A stretch of DNA of 64,000 nt, from the IMG/VR virus record IMGVR_UViG_3300025072_002799, positions 47,203 to 111,202 of that record, one strand, 5' to 3'. The translations under genes and the position numbers were made by a program. Source of the DNA: a virus. Shown in pieces: positions 49,440 to 59,511 of this stretch. The notes under the pieces were generated by a model. That model did no database searches. It was given only the letters and a program-made list of their open reading frames with translations, and had not been told where the DNA came from. Every line of letters starts with the position of its first letter. Position 1 is the first letter of the stretch.

Positions 49440-49796
49440 AATTAGCAATATTCAATTCAACTGTTGCCACATTTTGCTTTACAGTTGGCTTGTATTCCAA
49501 TTCATGTTATGTGATGTCACTGCTTTTTTTTCTGGCTGGGCTAAATATTGTTAGTGCATATCTTAATTACACGGAGTCAAATGATGTGTGAAAATTTCAA
49601 ACTACCTCTTTGCCCTAAATGCAAAGACACAAAATACGCGCATGCAAATCAAATACAGCTTTTGATTCCAACTTCTCCACAAATGCATTGTGACAAATGC
49701 AACATCTCTTGGTGGACCAGTGGTTTTCTTGGGCGTCATCTTCGTGGAACTATAAGAGATGACGAAACTGGGGAATATTATCATACATAATTCAGA

Positions 49797-50468
49797 TTAA
49801 CGCCTATTGATGGTTTGCTTGTAAGTTCTGAATTGACCATCATCACTCAACCTTCTAAAGTTTTCTGTTCCTTTAGATTTGCCTGTGTGTTTTTGAACTT
49901 CTGCTCTAACTTCAACAGTCACTAAGCCAGAGGCTTCTTTCCCATCACGCACAACAAATCTTCCAATGGCTGCTTCGCCTCCTGTGGTGATTTGGTCTTT
50001 TTCAATTTTGTCATTTTTGACCACAGTATCGGAACTTACTCTCATCCCTATTTTCCCTGCTGCTGATTGCAGAGCGTCAGATATAGCCTCTTCTTTAGTT
50101 GTTCCCCTACCTGTAACTGACACAACAGTATATTTCCCTGTGACACTTGTTGGAACAAAATCAACTTTATTGTCAGTCAAAGAATCTCTACTGACATTTG
50201 TGTTGTGTTTGACTAAAACGCCATTACCTCTAGCAGGCGTATAAACACCTCCACTTTCACGCCAAAACCTATTAATTGATGATGGAGAATGCATAGATTG
50301 AGTAACGCTTGGTGCGGCACGACCAGGGAATGATGTATTGATTGCGGCGTTGGCATTTGGTCCACCACCCATAAGACTTCCAGCCGCCAAAGTGCCTGCT
50401 AATGCCCAATCTTTCCATCCCTCTTCTAGGGACATTTCTTCATTCTCTAGCCACATCTTAAAATCCAT
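49797..50468 (-). CDS. Putative ejected protein: capsid-targeting motif, signal-like helix, LPP20/FlgT-N-like domain
   Basis: MDFKMWLENEEMSLEEGWKDWALAGTLAAG; GRGTTKEEAISDALQSA. Confidence 0.65.
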   Translation of the reverse strand: MDFKMWLENEEMSLEEGWKDWALAGTLAAGSLMGGGPNANAAINTSFPGRAAPSVTQSMHSPSSINRFWRESGGVYTPARGNGVLVKHNTNVSRDSLTDNKVDFVPTSVTGKYTVVSVTGRGTTKEEAISDALQSAAGKIGMRVSSDTVVKNDKIEKDQITTGGEAAIGRFVVRDGKEASGLVTVEVRAEVQKHTGKSKGTENFRRLSDDGQFRTYKQTINRR

Positions 50469-50498
50469 ACTTTATATAGTGTAATTCATACATAACGT

Positions 50499-51374
50499 AT
50501 GGATTTCTCTAAATGGCTAACAATAACAGAAGCTAAGTCTGACAAGATAATCGTATATCACGGAACGGTTTACGACAATCTAAGCGGTATAATGTCTCAA
50601 GGTCTTATCCCAGCGCCACCAAAAAGAGCTTGGGGGAAAGATGATGATACAAGTTATTATTCTGCCAGCAGAAAATCATTAGAAGGTATCTACGTAACAA
50701 CAAACCTTATGACTGCTGTAAGTTCCACAAGCAATGCCGCTAATCGTGGAAAAGATGGAATAATTGTCATTGCTGAAGTGCAACCAAAGACTGGATTTGT
50801 AGACGAAGATGACATGAACATGTTCGTTTCTGCTGCCCCAAATGAATACATTGTTAAACTTATTCATGTTGCCATTCAATCAAAGTCAAAAGATCCAATA
50901 GTAGAAAAATATTTTGACAAATACAAAGACAATCTAAAACATAAATTATCTGAATTAGTCAAAGACCCTCATCCAAGTATGATGAAAAGGCTTAGTCCTC
51001 TATTCTGGCAACTTTTTGTTAAATCCATAGCTAGACAAATGGTGTATGTTGATAAACGTACTTTCAAATATGATTATCCAGGCATACGAATACCAGACAA
51101 GGCTACAGCAGAAAAAGACTTCCTTAGAATAAAAGAAGAACTTACAAAAACATTAAAAATGTTTGCAAATCCTGCAAATCTAAAGGATGAAGGATTTAAT
51201 TTTACGACCCGTATTATGGAGCCAATAAGGTTCTCTGGGGCGAATAAAATTATTGCAATTGTGTCATATCCAAGAAGCGACGATCCACCAGAAGTTCTAT
51301 ACGGAACAGTCCCAGGAAAGTTTATAAAAGACTATGAGCAAGTGATTGGTAAATGGAAACCTAAGACAGAATAG
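50499..51374 (+). CDS. Putative internal head protein with ADP-ribosyltransferase-like fold
   Basis: MDFSKWLTITE; VYHGT...IMSQGL...IYVTTN. Confidence 0.6.
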   Translation: MDFSKWLTITEAKSDKIIVYHGTVYDNLSGIMSQGLIPAPPKRAWGKDDDTSYYSASRKSLEGIYVTTNLMTAVSSTSNAANRGKDGIIVIAEVQPKTGFVDEDDMNMFVSAAPNEYIVKLIHVAIQSKSKDPIVEKYFDKYKDNLKHKLSELVKDPHPSMMKRLSPLFWQLFVKSIARQMVYVDKRTFKYDYPGIRIPDKATAEKDFLRIKEELTKTLKMFANPANLKDEGFNFTTRIMEPIRFSGANKIIAIVSYPRSDDPPEVLYGTVPGKFIKDYEQVIGKWKPKTE

Positions 51375-52953
51375 CCTCTGCTGCATTTTTCCCACACGCT
51401 CCAACTACACCGCCACCAGGACTGGTTGCCGCTCCGCATAGATACAGCCCTTTAAGGGGCGTTTTATATTTTGATCTAAATGGACCCATTTGATGTGGTA
51501 TCATTGAACCTTGGAATATGTTTCCTCCGGTCATGCCATAAGTTCTCTCTATGTCAAGAGGTGTTAAGACGTGATGGTGAAGTATTCTCTCTCTGATGTC
51601 TGGGGCGTACTCCTCTAATGTGTCAATGCAAGTATTATAAAACGCCCTCTTGACATCATCATCATCCCAACTCATTCCGTCCAAGTGATATGGAGCATAT
51701 TGAACAAACATTTGCATCACATGATGTCCTTCTGGAGCCAAAGTTGGATCTACGACAGAAGGAGTTGTTATTTCAAGAACTGGTCTTCTGCTAAACCTTC
51801 CCATTCTTGCATCATGGTATGCTTGCTCGATGTACTTCAAATCGGGGGAAATGTGTATTGTTCCATTGTAACAGCCTTCTCTAGATTCCCGTCTTTCCAT
51901 GCCAGCAAATTTAGGCAATCCTTTAATTGCCATATTGACTTTCGCACTGGCGGAAGAGTAGTCAATGTTATTGACTCGTCTTACATATGATTCAGGGAAA
52001 TTCTCTGGGTTTGCCCATCTCATTGTGGTTGTTGCATCTACACTTGAAATTATATTTTTGGCACTCAAAGTTCTTGGAATCATTCTTTCGCCAGCATCTT
52101 TGACTCCAACTCCAACTGCCCTTCCTTTCTCGACATCTATCGCTGTTACTTCATGATTAAGTAAAATATCAACGCCCAAGTCTTTGCATGTTTTTTCAAG
52201 AGCATCGGCTAATCCTCCCATTCCTCCCTCTATGTATCCCCAAATCCCTCTCTGTCCACCAGCCTCGCCCATAACATGATGAAGCAAAATGTAAGAGGAG
52301 CCTGGATTGCTAGGGGATGTAAAAGATCCAATGATTGCATCGCCAGCCAATGATGCTTTTAATACATCACTTTTAAACCAACGATTCAAAATTGTTGCAG
52401 CATCACCAGTAAGGACTTCAATTGCCTCAGGTATTTTATCGCCCAATCTGCCGAATTTACGCAGCATATTCAAAGCTTGTATGCCAGCTTTTATTTTTTT
52501 AAAAACGCCCTTAGCCATAATATCAGGTGGTGCTTGCATAGCCATTGGCTCAATCACTTCTGCAAGATTTGTAAGTTCTTCCTCATACTTAGCATATGCA
52601 TCAGCATCAGGAGCACTATAGAATGATATTTCTTTATGGTTCTGCTCCTGATCTCCACTTAAAAGAAGACCTGGACCATTAAGATCTGGGGTAAAAGAAG
52701 ATGGATTTCTAGGAAGTATTTTAAGACCATTTTCCACAAGCCTTAAATCTTCCATTATTTCAGGAAGAAAAAGACTTATTACATAGGCTGCGGGAGATAT
52801 TTTATATCCAGGCCATAATTCCTCAGTTGAAGAACAGCCTCCTAAAATATGTCTTTTTTCAAGAACGCAGACTTTTTGACCAGATTTGGCAAGATATGCC
52901 GCAGTGACCAAACCGTTATGACCACCGCCTAAAATTATTGAATCGTATTTCAT
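51361..52953 (-). CDS. FAD-dependent oxidoreductase, phytoene dehydrogenase/PYROXD2-like (COG1233)
   Basis: GGGHNGL, LEKRHILGG, EGGMG, GGNIFQG, LYLCGA..PGGGV.GACG. Confidence 0.93.
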   Translation of the reverse strand: MKYDSIILGGGHNGLVTAAYLAKSGQKVCVLEKRHILGGCSSTEELWPGYKISPAAYVISLFLPEIMEDLRLVENGLKILPRNPSSFTPDLNGPGLLLSGDQEQNHKEISFYSAPDADAYAKYEEELTNLAEVIEPMAMQAPPDIMAKGVFKKIKAGIQALNMLRKFGRLGDKIPEAIEVLTGDAATILNRWFKSDVLKASLAGDAIIGSFTSPSNPGSSYILLHHVMGEAGGQRGIWGYIEGGMGGLADALEKTCKDLGVDILLNHEVTAIDVEKGRAVGVGVKDAGERMIPRTLSAKNIISSVDATTTMRWANPENFPESYVRRVNNIDYSSASAKVNMAIKGLPKFAGMERRESREGCYNGTIHISPDLKYIEQAYHDARMGRFSRRPVLEITTPSVVDPTLAPEGHHVMQMFVQYAPYHLDGMSWDDDDVKRAFYNTCIDTLEEYAPDIRERILHHHVLTPLDIERTYGMTGGNIFQGSMIPHQMGPFRSKYKTPLKGLYLCGAATSPGGGVVGACGKNAAEAILS

Positions 52954-52995
52954 ACCTTAATTATAGCAAGTCTAGGCACAAAAAAAAAGACCATT

Positions 52996-53436
52996 TTAGT
53001 CGAAGGCAATATTTAAATCACCAATGGCAAATTTGAATGTATCGCCACTTCCTACTGCTTTTGAAGCAGTCAAAGTACCGTAAAGAAGCATGTTTCCAGC
53101 ATCGTAAGTCGCACTATCGCAAATTGCAATTGCAACGATAGTTCCCCAAGATCCCGAAGCCTGTGGAAATGCTATCTCTGACAAGTTATCAGTTTCACCT
53201 TGAGTTCCAGCAGATGGATCAGACCAATTAGCGTCCAATGGATTCAAAGTCTGTCTTGCGTAAGAGTTTGAATTTGGAACTTCGACGCCAGTTCCAGTTG
53301 TAAATTGACCATCATCGGTTTCTGCTGCACCAGTAGTCAACAACGCAATAGAAAGAACTGTGGGCTTTGTGAATGAGCTTGTTCTAAAAATGTGCGTCAG
53401 CAACTCTTCTTCTAAATAATCGCTCATATCAGACAT
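52996..53436 (-). CDS. Virion structural (fiber-associated) protein
   Basis: MSDYLE, YARQ, FPQASGSWGTI, GNML.YG, GDTFKF. Confidence 0.8.
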   Translation of the reverse strand: MSDMSDYLEEELLTHIFRTSSFTKPTVLSIALLTTGAAETDDGQFTTGTGVEVPNSNSYARQTLNPLDANWSDPSAGTQGETDNLSEIAFPQASGSWGTIVAIAICDSATYDAGNMLLYGTLTASKAVGSGDTFKFAIGDLNIAFD

Positions 53437-53508
53437 AATTAATCACCTTTGGTTATACTCTTTATACCATATATATATTGCATAAACTTATTTTTGTTTG
53501 GATAATAA

Positions 53509-56500
53509 ATGGCTGCTGGTGACTTTCTAATTCGGCGTAACAACGCAGAGACAACGAATATACCCAATGCGGGTACGAACGTTGATGTCACTTGGGATAC
53601 CGAGGTCAAGGACAAGGGCAGCACTCTTACTTATTCTGCTGGTGAGATCACGGTTCCTGATACCGGACCTTATCTCATTATCTATAATGAAGAGTTCGCT
53701 ACTACAGAAACCACCAATAATGAACGTATCGAGATGCAAGGAGAAATCCTCATCAACGGTTCGCCAATCATGGGTGGGCGTGGTCAAGATTATATCAGAA
53801 AGGGTCAACAGGGGCATCAAGAGTGTGTTGTAAGTGGAGCATCAATTACTGAGCTTACTGCCAGTGACACAATTCAAATCAGGTTCTATAGAACCGACTC
53901 TTCGCCTGATGTTGCTGTCGATAGAGTCCCGCTTAAAGGTGGTTTGCAGGTTCTACAGTTAGACGATACCCACAACTACGGCATCTACTCTAAGACTACA
54001 TCCACTGCATTTACCACCACATTCACGGACGTTGCATGGGACAACACTATTCGACAAGATACTGGATTCACTAGGACTGGCGGAAGCATCGACATCGCCA
54101 ATGCCGGACGATACGTTGTCACCATCGGCTGCGACCTTACTAGAACAGATAACAGCACAAGAGTTTTAGCAAATACCAAGTTGCAATTGGATGCCGTTAC
54201 TGTAGCTGGAACTAGATCTTCTTGTTACATGCGTGGAAGTCAGGGTGGCGACAGTTCTAACGATGGTGCTTTGAATGGGATATGGATTATAGATGTGGCG
54301 GCAGGCGAAGATTTAACCCTTCAAATATTCCACAACAGTAACACTCCCGCAACAACCGCCACAGCTAATATGGAAATCTCCATCTGGCAACTTCCAGCAG
54401 ATAGTGAAGAGATCATAGTTGAAGCTACGACTGGTGATATGAATGCTGTCGGGACATTCACATGGGACACAAATCCAGTCATCGACACAGGATCGTTCAC
54501 ACATACCGTTGCAACCGCACCAATCGAAGTCGATGAAGACAACGATTACCTATTTGTCGCAACTACTGTCAGAGTCAACACTGTTACCGTCACTCGCGTG
54601 TCACCAGAACACGCTCTAGCCGTTGATGGCACTAGAGTGCAATACGGAATGGGCGGCGTCTTTCTTAGAGAATCTGCAACATCAAGAGGATCTATAACGG
54701 CAGCGGCGATTCTGCCTCTCACAGCAGGGCAAGAAGTTACCGTTGATGTCGCTAGGTTTTCCACCACAACTACTGCCGTTGCTAATGAGCGTGGACAGTT
54801 CGCAGCTATTAATCTTGGCAAGGCATTTCCTTCTGGGGAAGAACATCTTGGAGAAGTTGATGTGGCAGGCGTTGGAGACGTTACATCAGACGCCTCAATA
54901 GATCGCTTTGTTGATATTGGCATTGATGGAACTGGAACAGTTGATGCTTCTGCTAATGTTGATTTAGGTGGCGAAATAATACTTGATGGTGCTGGCACAG
55001 TTGATGCTACTGGAACTGTGTCAACCTCTGTTGTTGTTAATGGAGAAACAACCATTGATGGCACAGGAACAATTGATGCAGGTGCTATAACTGATCTTGT
55101 TGGGGATTCAACTCTTTGTGGCATAGGCATCATTGGAGAGGTGTGTGAGTTTGACGAATCTTTCAGTAGTGCGTTTCAAATTTGCGAACTATCTGGAGTT
55201 ACTGGAAGAGTTGATCGCGGAGGAGAGACAACGCTTGAAGGAACAGGAACACTTGATGTTAGTGCTTCTGTTGACCTTGGCGCAGACATTGACTTGGATG
55301 GAACAGGCGTATTAGATGCAACCGCTTCTATTGACCGCTTTGTTGACATTGATCTTGAAGGAACAGGAACACTTGATGTTAGTGCTTCTGTTGACCGCTT
55401 TGCAGAAATAACCCTAGACGGATCTGGGACTGTAAATGCAGATGCTTTGGTGGAACTTGCTGGGGATGTTGATCTTAATGGAGTTGCATTAGTTGATCCA
55501 ACTGCTTCTATTGATCGCTTTGTAGAAATTGACATAGACGGAACAGGAACATTAGACGTTACTGCTTCCGTTGACCTTGGTGCAGATGTTGACATTAATG
55601 GAATAGGATCTATAGGAACCACAGCCTCCATTGATCGCTTTGTTGAAATTAACATTAATGGAACTGGAACAATTGTTGCAGATGCAACAGTTGATGCTGC
55701 GGCAGAGATTCTTGGCGAAGTTGATCTTGAAGGAACAGGAACATTAGACGTTACTGCTTCAATTGATCGCTTTGTTGACATTGACATTGAAGGAACAGGA
55801 ACATTAGATTCCACGGCTTCTGTTGATCGCTTTGCAGATGCAACGCTTGAAGGAACAGGAACATTAGACGTTACTGCTTCTGCTGAATTTGGTGCTGAGA
55901 TAAACCTTGATGGGACTGGCGTATTAAACGCTGATGCTTCTGTTGATCGCTTTGCTGACATTGATCTTGATGGAATTGGAACACTAAATACAACTGCCTC
56001 TGTTGATCGCTTTGCTGACATTGATCTTGAAGGAATAGGGATATTAGATGTTGTCGCTTCTGTTGATCGTTTTGCAGACACAACACTTAATGGAACAGGC
56101 GTTATAGATGCAAATGCTTCTGTTAGGTTGTGTGCCAGCACAACTCTTTCTGGTTCAGGAGTCATTAATGCAACTGCAACTTTAGATACGGCAATCCAAA
56201 ATGGAGAAATAAACCTTCTTGGAGTCGCCAACATTGTAGCTGCTGCCACGGCTGATTTTGAGGCAGACACTACGCTAAATGGAACTGCATCAATTAATGC
56301 AAATGCCACCCTCGTAAAAGACCCAACTATCCCTCCAAGCCCTCAGTTGCCTCCACAAGGGTTCCCAGGAGATTTCGCCAATAGTCTTGGTGTTGGACCT
56401 GGAATACCGCTAGGGGTTGTGTCTGGCAATCTTAGGAAAGATATATGCCGAGATCCAAATGATGCTATAACTATCAAATTTAAGTATAAAAATAATATAT

Positions 56501-56622
56501 ATTCTCAAACGAACACTAAGAACGGCTGTATAGATATTGGTATAGAGAATATTAAAATAGCACCCAAAAAGAGATCTGAGTCGGGTATTAAAATAAGAAT
56601 TAACGAATTGCAAAAGGTTTAA
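53509..56622 (+). CDS. Large fiber/adhesin-like virion protein: three C1q/TNF-like domains plus 20-aa repeat shaft
   Basis: Three WD...I....G/D.Y modules; acidic 20-aa repeats. Confidence 0.75.
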   Translation: MAAGDFLIRRNNAETTNIPNAGTNVDVTWDTEVKDKGSTLTYSAGEITVPDTGPYLIIYNEEFATTETTNNERIEMQGEILINGSPIMGGRGQDYIRKGQQGHQECVVSGASITELTASDTIQIRFYRTDSSPDVAVDRVPLKGGLQVLQLDDTHNYGIYSKTTSTAFTTTFTDVAWDNTIRQDTGFTRTGGSIDIANAGRYVVTIGCDLTRTDNSTRVLANTKLQLDAVTVAGTRSSCYMRGSQGGDSSNDGALNGIWIIDVAAGEDLTLQIFHNSNTPATTATANMEISIWQLPADSEEIIVEATTGDMNAVGTFTWDTNPVIDTGSFTHTVATAPIEVDEDNDYLFVATTVRVNTVTVTRVSPEHALAVDGTRVQYGMGGVFLRESATSRGSITAAAILPLTAGQEVTVDVARFSTTTTAVANERGQFAAINLGKAFPSGEEHLGEVDVAGVGDVTSDASIDRFVDIGIDGTGTVDASANVDLGGEIILDGAGTVDATGTVSTSVVVNGETTIDGTGTIDAGAITDLVGDSTLCGIGIIGEVCEFDESFSSAFQICELSGVTGRVDRGGETTLEGTGTLDVSASVDLGADIDLDGTGVLDATASIDRFVDIDLEGTGTLDVSASVDRFAEITLDGSGTVNADALVELAGDVDLNGVALVDPTASIDRFVEIDIDGTGTLDVTASVDLGADVDINGIGSIGTTASIDRFVEININGTGTIVADATVDAAAEILGEVDLEGTGTLDVTASIDRFVDIDIEGTGTLDSTASVDRFADATLEGTGTLDVTASAEFGAEINLDGTGVLNADASVDRFADIDLDGIGTLNTTASVDRFADIDLEGIGILDVVASVDRFADTTLNGTGVIDANASVRLCASTTLSGSGVINATATLDTAIQNGEINLLGVANIVAAATADFEADTTLNGTASINANATLVKDPTIPPSPQLPPQGFPGDFANSLGVGPGIPLGVVSGNLRKDICRDPNDAITIKFKYKNNIYSQTNTKNGCIDIGIENIKIAPKKRSESGIKIRINELQKV
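54840..56310 (+). repeat. 60-bp (20-aa) coding repeat, about 23 diverged copies
   Basis: TASIDRFVDIDLEGTGTLDV consensus; ttgatcgctttg and ggaacaggaac recur with a 60-bp period. Confidence 0.9.
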
Positions 56623-56625
56623 TCC

Positions 56626-57327
56626 GTGGACAACAACATTATTTACAAGAATAAGGGCGAAACCTTTAAATGTAATTTCGACATTGATGGAGCATCAATT
56701 GATGACATTGCTGTACGACTTTGCTTAGAGTTCGGTGACAACAAAAACATGTTTTTCTATGGAAACATAGACGAAAAAGGAAATTGCGATGTCCACATTC
56801 CTCGTCTAAGTGAATTAGAAGACAAGTCTGGCAAAATGGTAATTGAAGCTATTGTTGATTCAACATACTTCAGATTGTATGAATGTCATGTTGAGTTGAA
56901 AAATTCCGTGAATGTCAAAATGAAGCAGATGGAAGGAACTTTCTTTCAAGATCGTGGTCCAACTAAAGAAGCGAAAATTCAACTTTCTGGGCTAGAAAGA
57001 GATACGCCAGCAGCAGAAAAGAGCCAAATTGTGCAAGAAGATAATAAGGGCGAAGAAAAAGAAATTAAAAAGCCTTCTTCAGGGTATAAATGGGGATACA
57101 AAGAAGAGGACAAGCCAAAATCTAAGCCAGAGATTAAAGAAGAGGCTACTTTGACAAAAGAAGATGCTACGAATCCCTACACAAGAGCAAAACACAATGG
57201 CTATGTAAGCCCAAAGCGTGAAAAAAAGGTCGTAGAGGCGCATGATGAGGCGCATGACGAGTCGCATGATAAAAGCCAAGGTTTTAGAAAATTTGAAGAC
57301 TTCTTGACATCTAATAATTTAAAGTGA
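56626..57327 (+). CDS. Hypothetical protein (N-terminal beta domain, charged tail)
   Basis: 233 aa, GTG start; its stop lies inside the IS-like right end. Confidence 0.7.
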   Translation: MDNNIIYKNKGETFKCNFDIDGASIDDIAVRLCLEFGDNKNMFFYGNIDEKGNCDVHIPRLSELEDKSGKMVIEAIVDSTYFRLYECHVELKNSVNVKMKQMEGTFFQDRGPTKEAKIQLSGLERDTPAAEKSQIVQEDNKGEEKEIKKPSSGYKWGYKEEDKPKSKPEIKEEATLTKEDATNPYTRAKHNGYVSPKREKKVVEAHDEAHDESHDKSQGFRKFEDFLTSNNLK

Positions 57328-57430
57328 ACCGTCCAACTAATCGTTGAACTTCATGCTTCACAGACAATTGGTTATTGCTAACTCTTACATCGTCTCCACA
57401 TGTGTAATCGACTGTCCCAGCCGATGTGTT
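57324..57430 (-). ncRNA. Putative omegaRNA scaffold and IS200/IS605 right end
   Basis: Minus strand tcggctgggacagtcgattacacatgtggagac...gtgaagcatgaagttcaacgattagttggacggttcac immediately after a tnpB 3' end, ending TTCAC. Confidence 0.7.
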
Positions 57431-57580
57431 TTAGTTTAATCCTTCATCAAGAATATTTTTTGCTGCGTTCAAGTCACGATCTAATTCATGACCATTGGCG
57501 CAAGTCCATTTTCTGTCTGAAAGTTTTAACTCTTGATTTATCCAACCACAAACATTACATGTTTTTCGGCTACCTTTCAA
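57431..57580 (-). pseudogene. tnpB: TnpB C-terminal remnant (zinc ribbon plus RuvC-III)
   Basis: Manual translation: [44 protein letters not shown]. Confidence 0.88.
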
Positions 57581-58137
57581 ACTTCAAACGAGCGGGCGGT
57601 TTGAGTTAATCCATCTTCCGATTCTACGGCAAATCTAAGTTTGCCTTTAATGGTATCATTGACAAACGTAACGTTTATCTTTTCCATTGGATCAAATGCG
57701 CCAAAAAGAGAATGAAACAACCCCTCCATTTGTAGAGGGGTTGTCCCATTGATTAGGATCTGTTGAGCAGCCATGCTCTGTTTACGGATTGCATTTACAT
57801 CACTTTCCTTGTATCTCCGATGATTTCCTTCAGTTCTCTCAGGGATAAGCTTCCCTTTTTCCTCCCAGTTGCGCACAGTTTGCTGTGATACGCCGAGAAT
57901 ATCAGCAACATCATTAATGGTTAGGTGACGGTCCTCGTTGCACTCGTCTTTAATGACTTGTTGGATATGAAGATTTTTATGCTTGGTGTCGGGGTCGTTA
58001 TATAAATTTTTACGCCCCTCTGCAAGCATATCTTTTCTGGCTTTAGCTGATGCTTCAGCCATTTCTGGGATAATGAGATCAATCTCATCTTCGATTTTTT
58101 TAGAAGGCATTCCGCCATCTCCTATTCTAATTGACAC
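57577..58137 (-). CDS. MerR-family HTH DNA-binding protein
   Basis: [38 protein letters not shown]. Confidence 0.88.
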   Translation of the reverse strand: MSIRIGDGGMPSKKIEDEIDLIIPEMAEASAKARKDMLAEGRKNLYNDPDTKHKNLHIQQVIKDECNEDRHLTINDVADILGVSQQTVRNWEEKGKLIPERTEGNHRRYKESDVNAIRKQSMAAQQILINGTTPLQMEGLFHSLFGAFDPMEKINVTFVNDTIKGKLRFAVESEDGLTQTARSFEV

Positions 58138-58222
58138 TATTATATAGTAAGACTTTTAGAATATTTGTAAAAAAATCTACAATTTATTAAATTAATGTAA
58201 AATACTTGAAATGTAAATTACA

Positions 58223-58846
58223 TCAATCATCCATTATGGCAGCTAATGCTGGGTGAGTTGGAACTGTCCTAGTTCCCGTTTTCACTTGATGCACCTGTCT
58301 TGCTAACGGAGACTGCCTTATTTCTGGCTCTTTTTTACTTTTAAGCATTTGAGCAATTGGATCTTCAGGATCGCTAGATTCGCCTCCAGGCTTAAACATT
58401 CCCTTAAGACGACGCATTGTGTTTTTGGTAGCAAGAGCAGAACGCTCTCTGTCGGCTTGCTCTGAGTCTCGTGAAGCAGCTAATCGTCCACGTCTTCGTG
58501 ATTCACGACCAACCTTACTTGCTGGCATACTGACCCATAATCTACGCCCTTTAAGCTGCTTTTGACGATCATGAGAAATGTCAGATGGATCTTTTTCAAA
58601 GAACTGAGACAATTTAACTAATTCGTGTTTTTGGCTTCCCAAGATCTGCACAACAACATCTACTTTTCCGACTTCTTTTACTATGCCGTAATTAGATGTT
58701 TTTCGTGATGGGAATTCAACAATGTCACCTTTGTCCATTGTCATTCTAACATCATCTGCGTGATCTAAGTCTTTTCGCACTGCGTTTGTAGACGCCTCTG
58801 TAATGCTTAGCCATTCTGCAAATGACATGTTTGTTTCTTCGTTCAT
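58223..58846 (-). CDS. Putative internal head protein (KOW/SH3-like segment)
   Basis: MSFAEWLSITE; KGDIV...YGIVKEV. Confidence 0.6.
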   Translation of the reverse strand: MNEETNMSFAEWLSITEASTNAVRKDLDHADDVRMTMDKGDIVEFPSRKTSNYGIVKEVGKVDVVVQILGSQKHELVKLSQFFEKDPSDISHDRQKQLKGRRLWVSMPASKVGRESRRRGRLAASRDSEQADRERSALATKNTMRRLKGMFKPGGESSDPEDPIAQMLKSKKEPEIRQSPLARQVHQVKTGTRTVPTHPALAAIMDD

Positions 58847-58902
58847 CTCAGAACCTCAAAAAATTTAATATCACTATAGATATGCTTTTGAGTTTACAAA
58901 AA

Positions 58903-59079
58903 TCAACTAGATGCAGTCAAAAACAGCATAATTAAACTAACAGAAAACATCATAAATCCTGGCAAGAGCCACATTACAGCCATTATCGCTGGATCATGTC
59001 CTGGCACACTTTCCACAATGTATTTCCAAAAGAATAAATTGGAAATAATTATAGCAATTATTGACAACAACATCATCAT
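58903..59079 (-). CDS. Small 2-TM membrane protein (58 aa, absent from ORF track)
   Basis: MMMLLSIIAIIISNLFFW...LFLTASS*; start overlaps the upstream stop. Confidence 0.5.
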   Translation of the reverse strand: MMMLLSIIAIIISNLFFWKYIVESVPGHDPAIMAVMWLLPGFMMFSVSLIMLFLTASS

Positions 59080-59474
59080 TATAATTTGCCTGACTTCTTC
59101 AAGTTTTCATGAAATCCTTCAAGCAAGTTGTCTAATTCTTTATCGTCTAGAGAAAGCCCGCTTGTCAAATCATTCATTGTTTCAACAACAATATTGCAGA
59201 GAGTTAAAAACAAATCATCATCAGATGATTCTTCATTGAAGTGCTTGAGAAGATTAAGAACGCACTCTTGAACAATGTCTTCTTTGTCATAGCCAGAAAC
59301 AAAGTCCATGCTGTATTTTGAATAAATTAAATTTATCAAATCATATAATGCATAACCCAATTCGTTTGGATCATGCCCTAACCACACACTAGTGAGCCAA
59401 CCGTTGACTTTCTTTTTGTGGTTTTTATCGCCTGCTAATTCAAGCCATCTGTTTTTCATTTTTCGTCCCTCCAT
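59079..59474 (-). CDS. Hypothetical protein (weak sigma region-2-like segment)
   Basis: YDKEDIVQECVLNLLK. Confidence 0.5.
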   Translation of the reverse strand: MEGRKMKNRWLELAGDKNHKKKVNGWLTSVWLGHDPNELGYALYDLINLIYSKYSMDFVSGYDKEDIVQECVLNLLKHFNEESSDDDLFLTLCNIVVETMNDLTSGLSLDDKELDNLLEGFHENLKKSGKL

Positions 59475-59511
59475 AATTTGAAATGGGACACCTTAGCCTA
59501 ATGTATTTATG

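Noticed and set aside
55176-56309. 377-aa antisense ORF (also 54546..55133)
   Set aside because: Shadow of the repetitive fiber gene
57431-58137. MerR-HTH plus tnpB remnant as an IS607 element
   Set aside because: The HTH resembles that of IS607 TnpA, but no serine recombinase YARVS domain follows, and the TTCAC end is IS200/IS605-like
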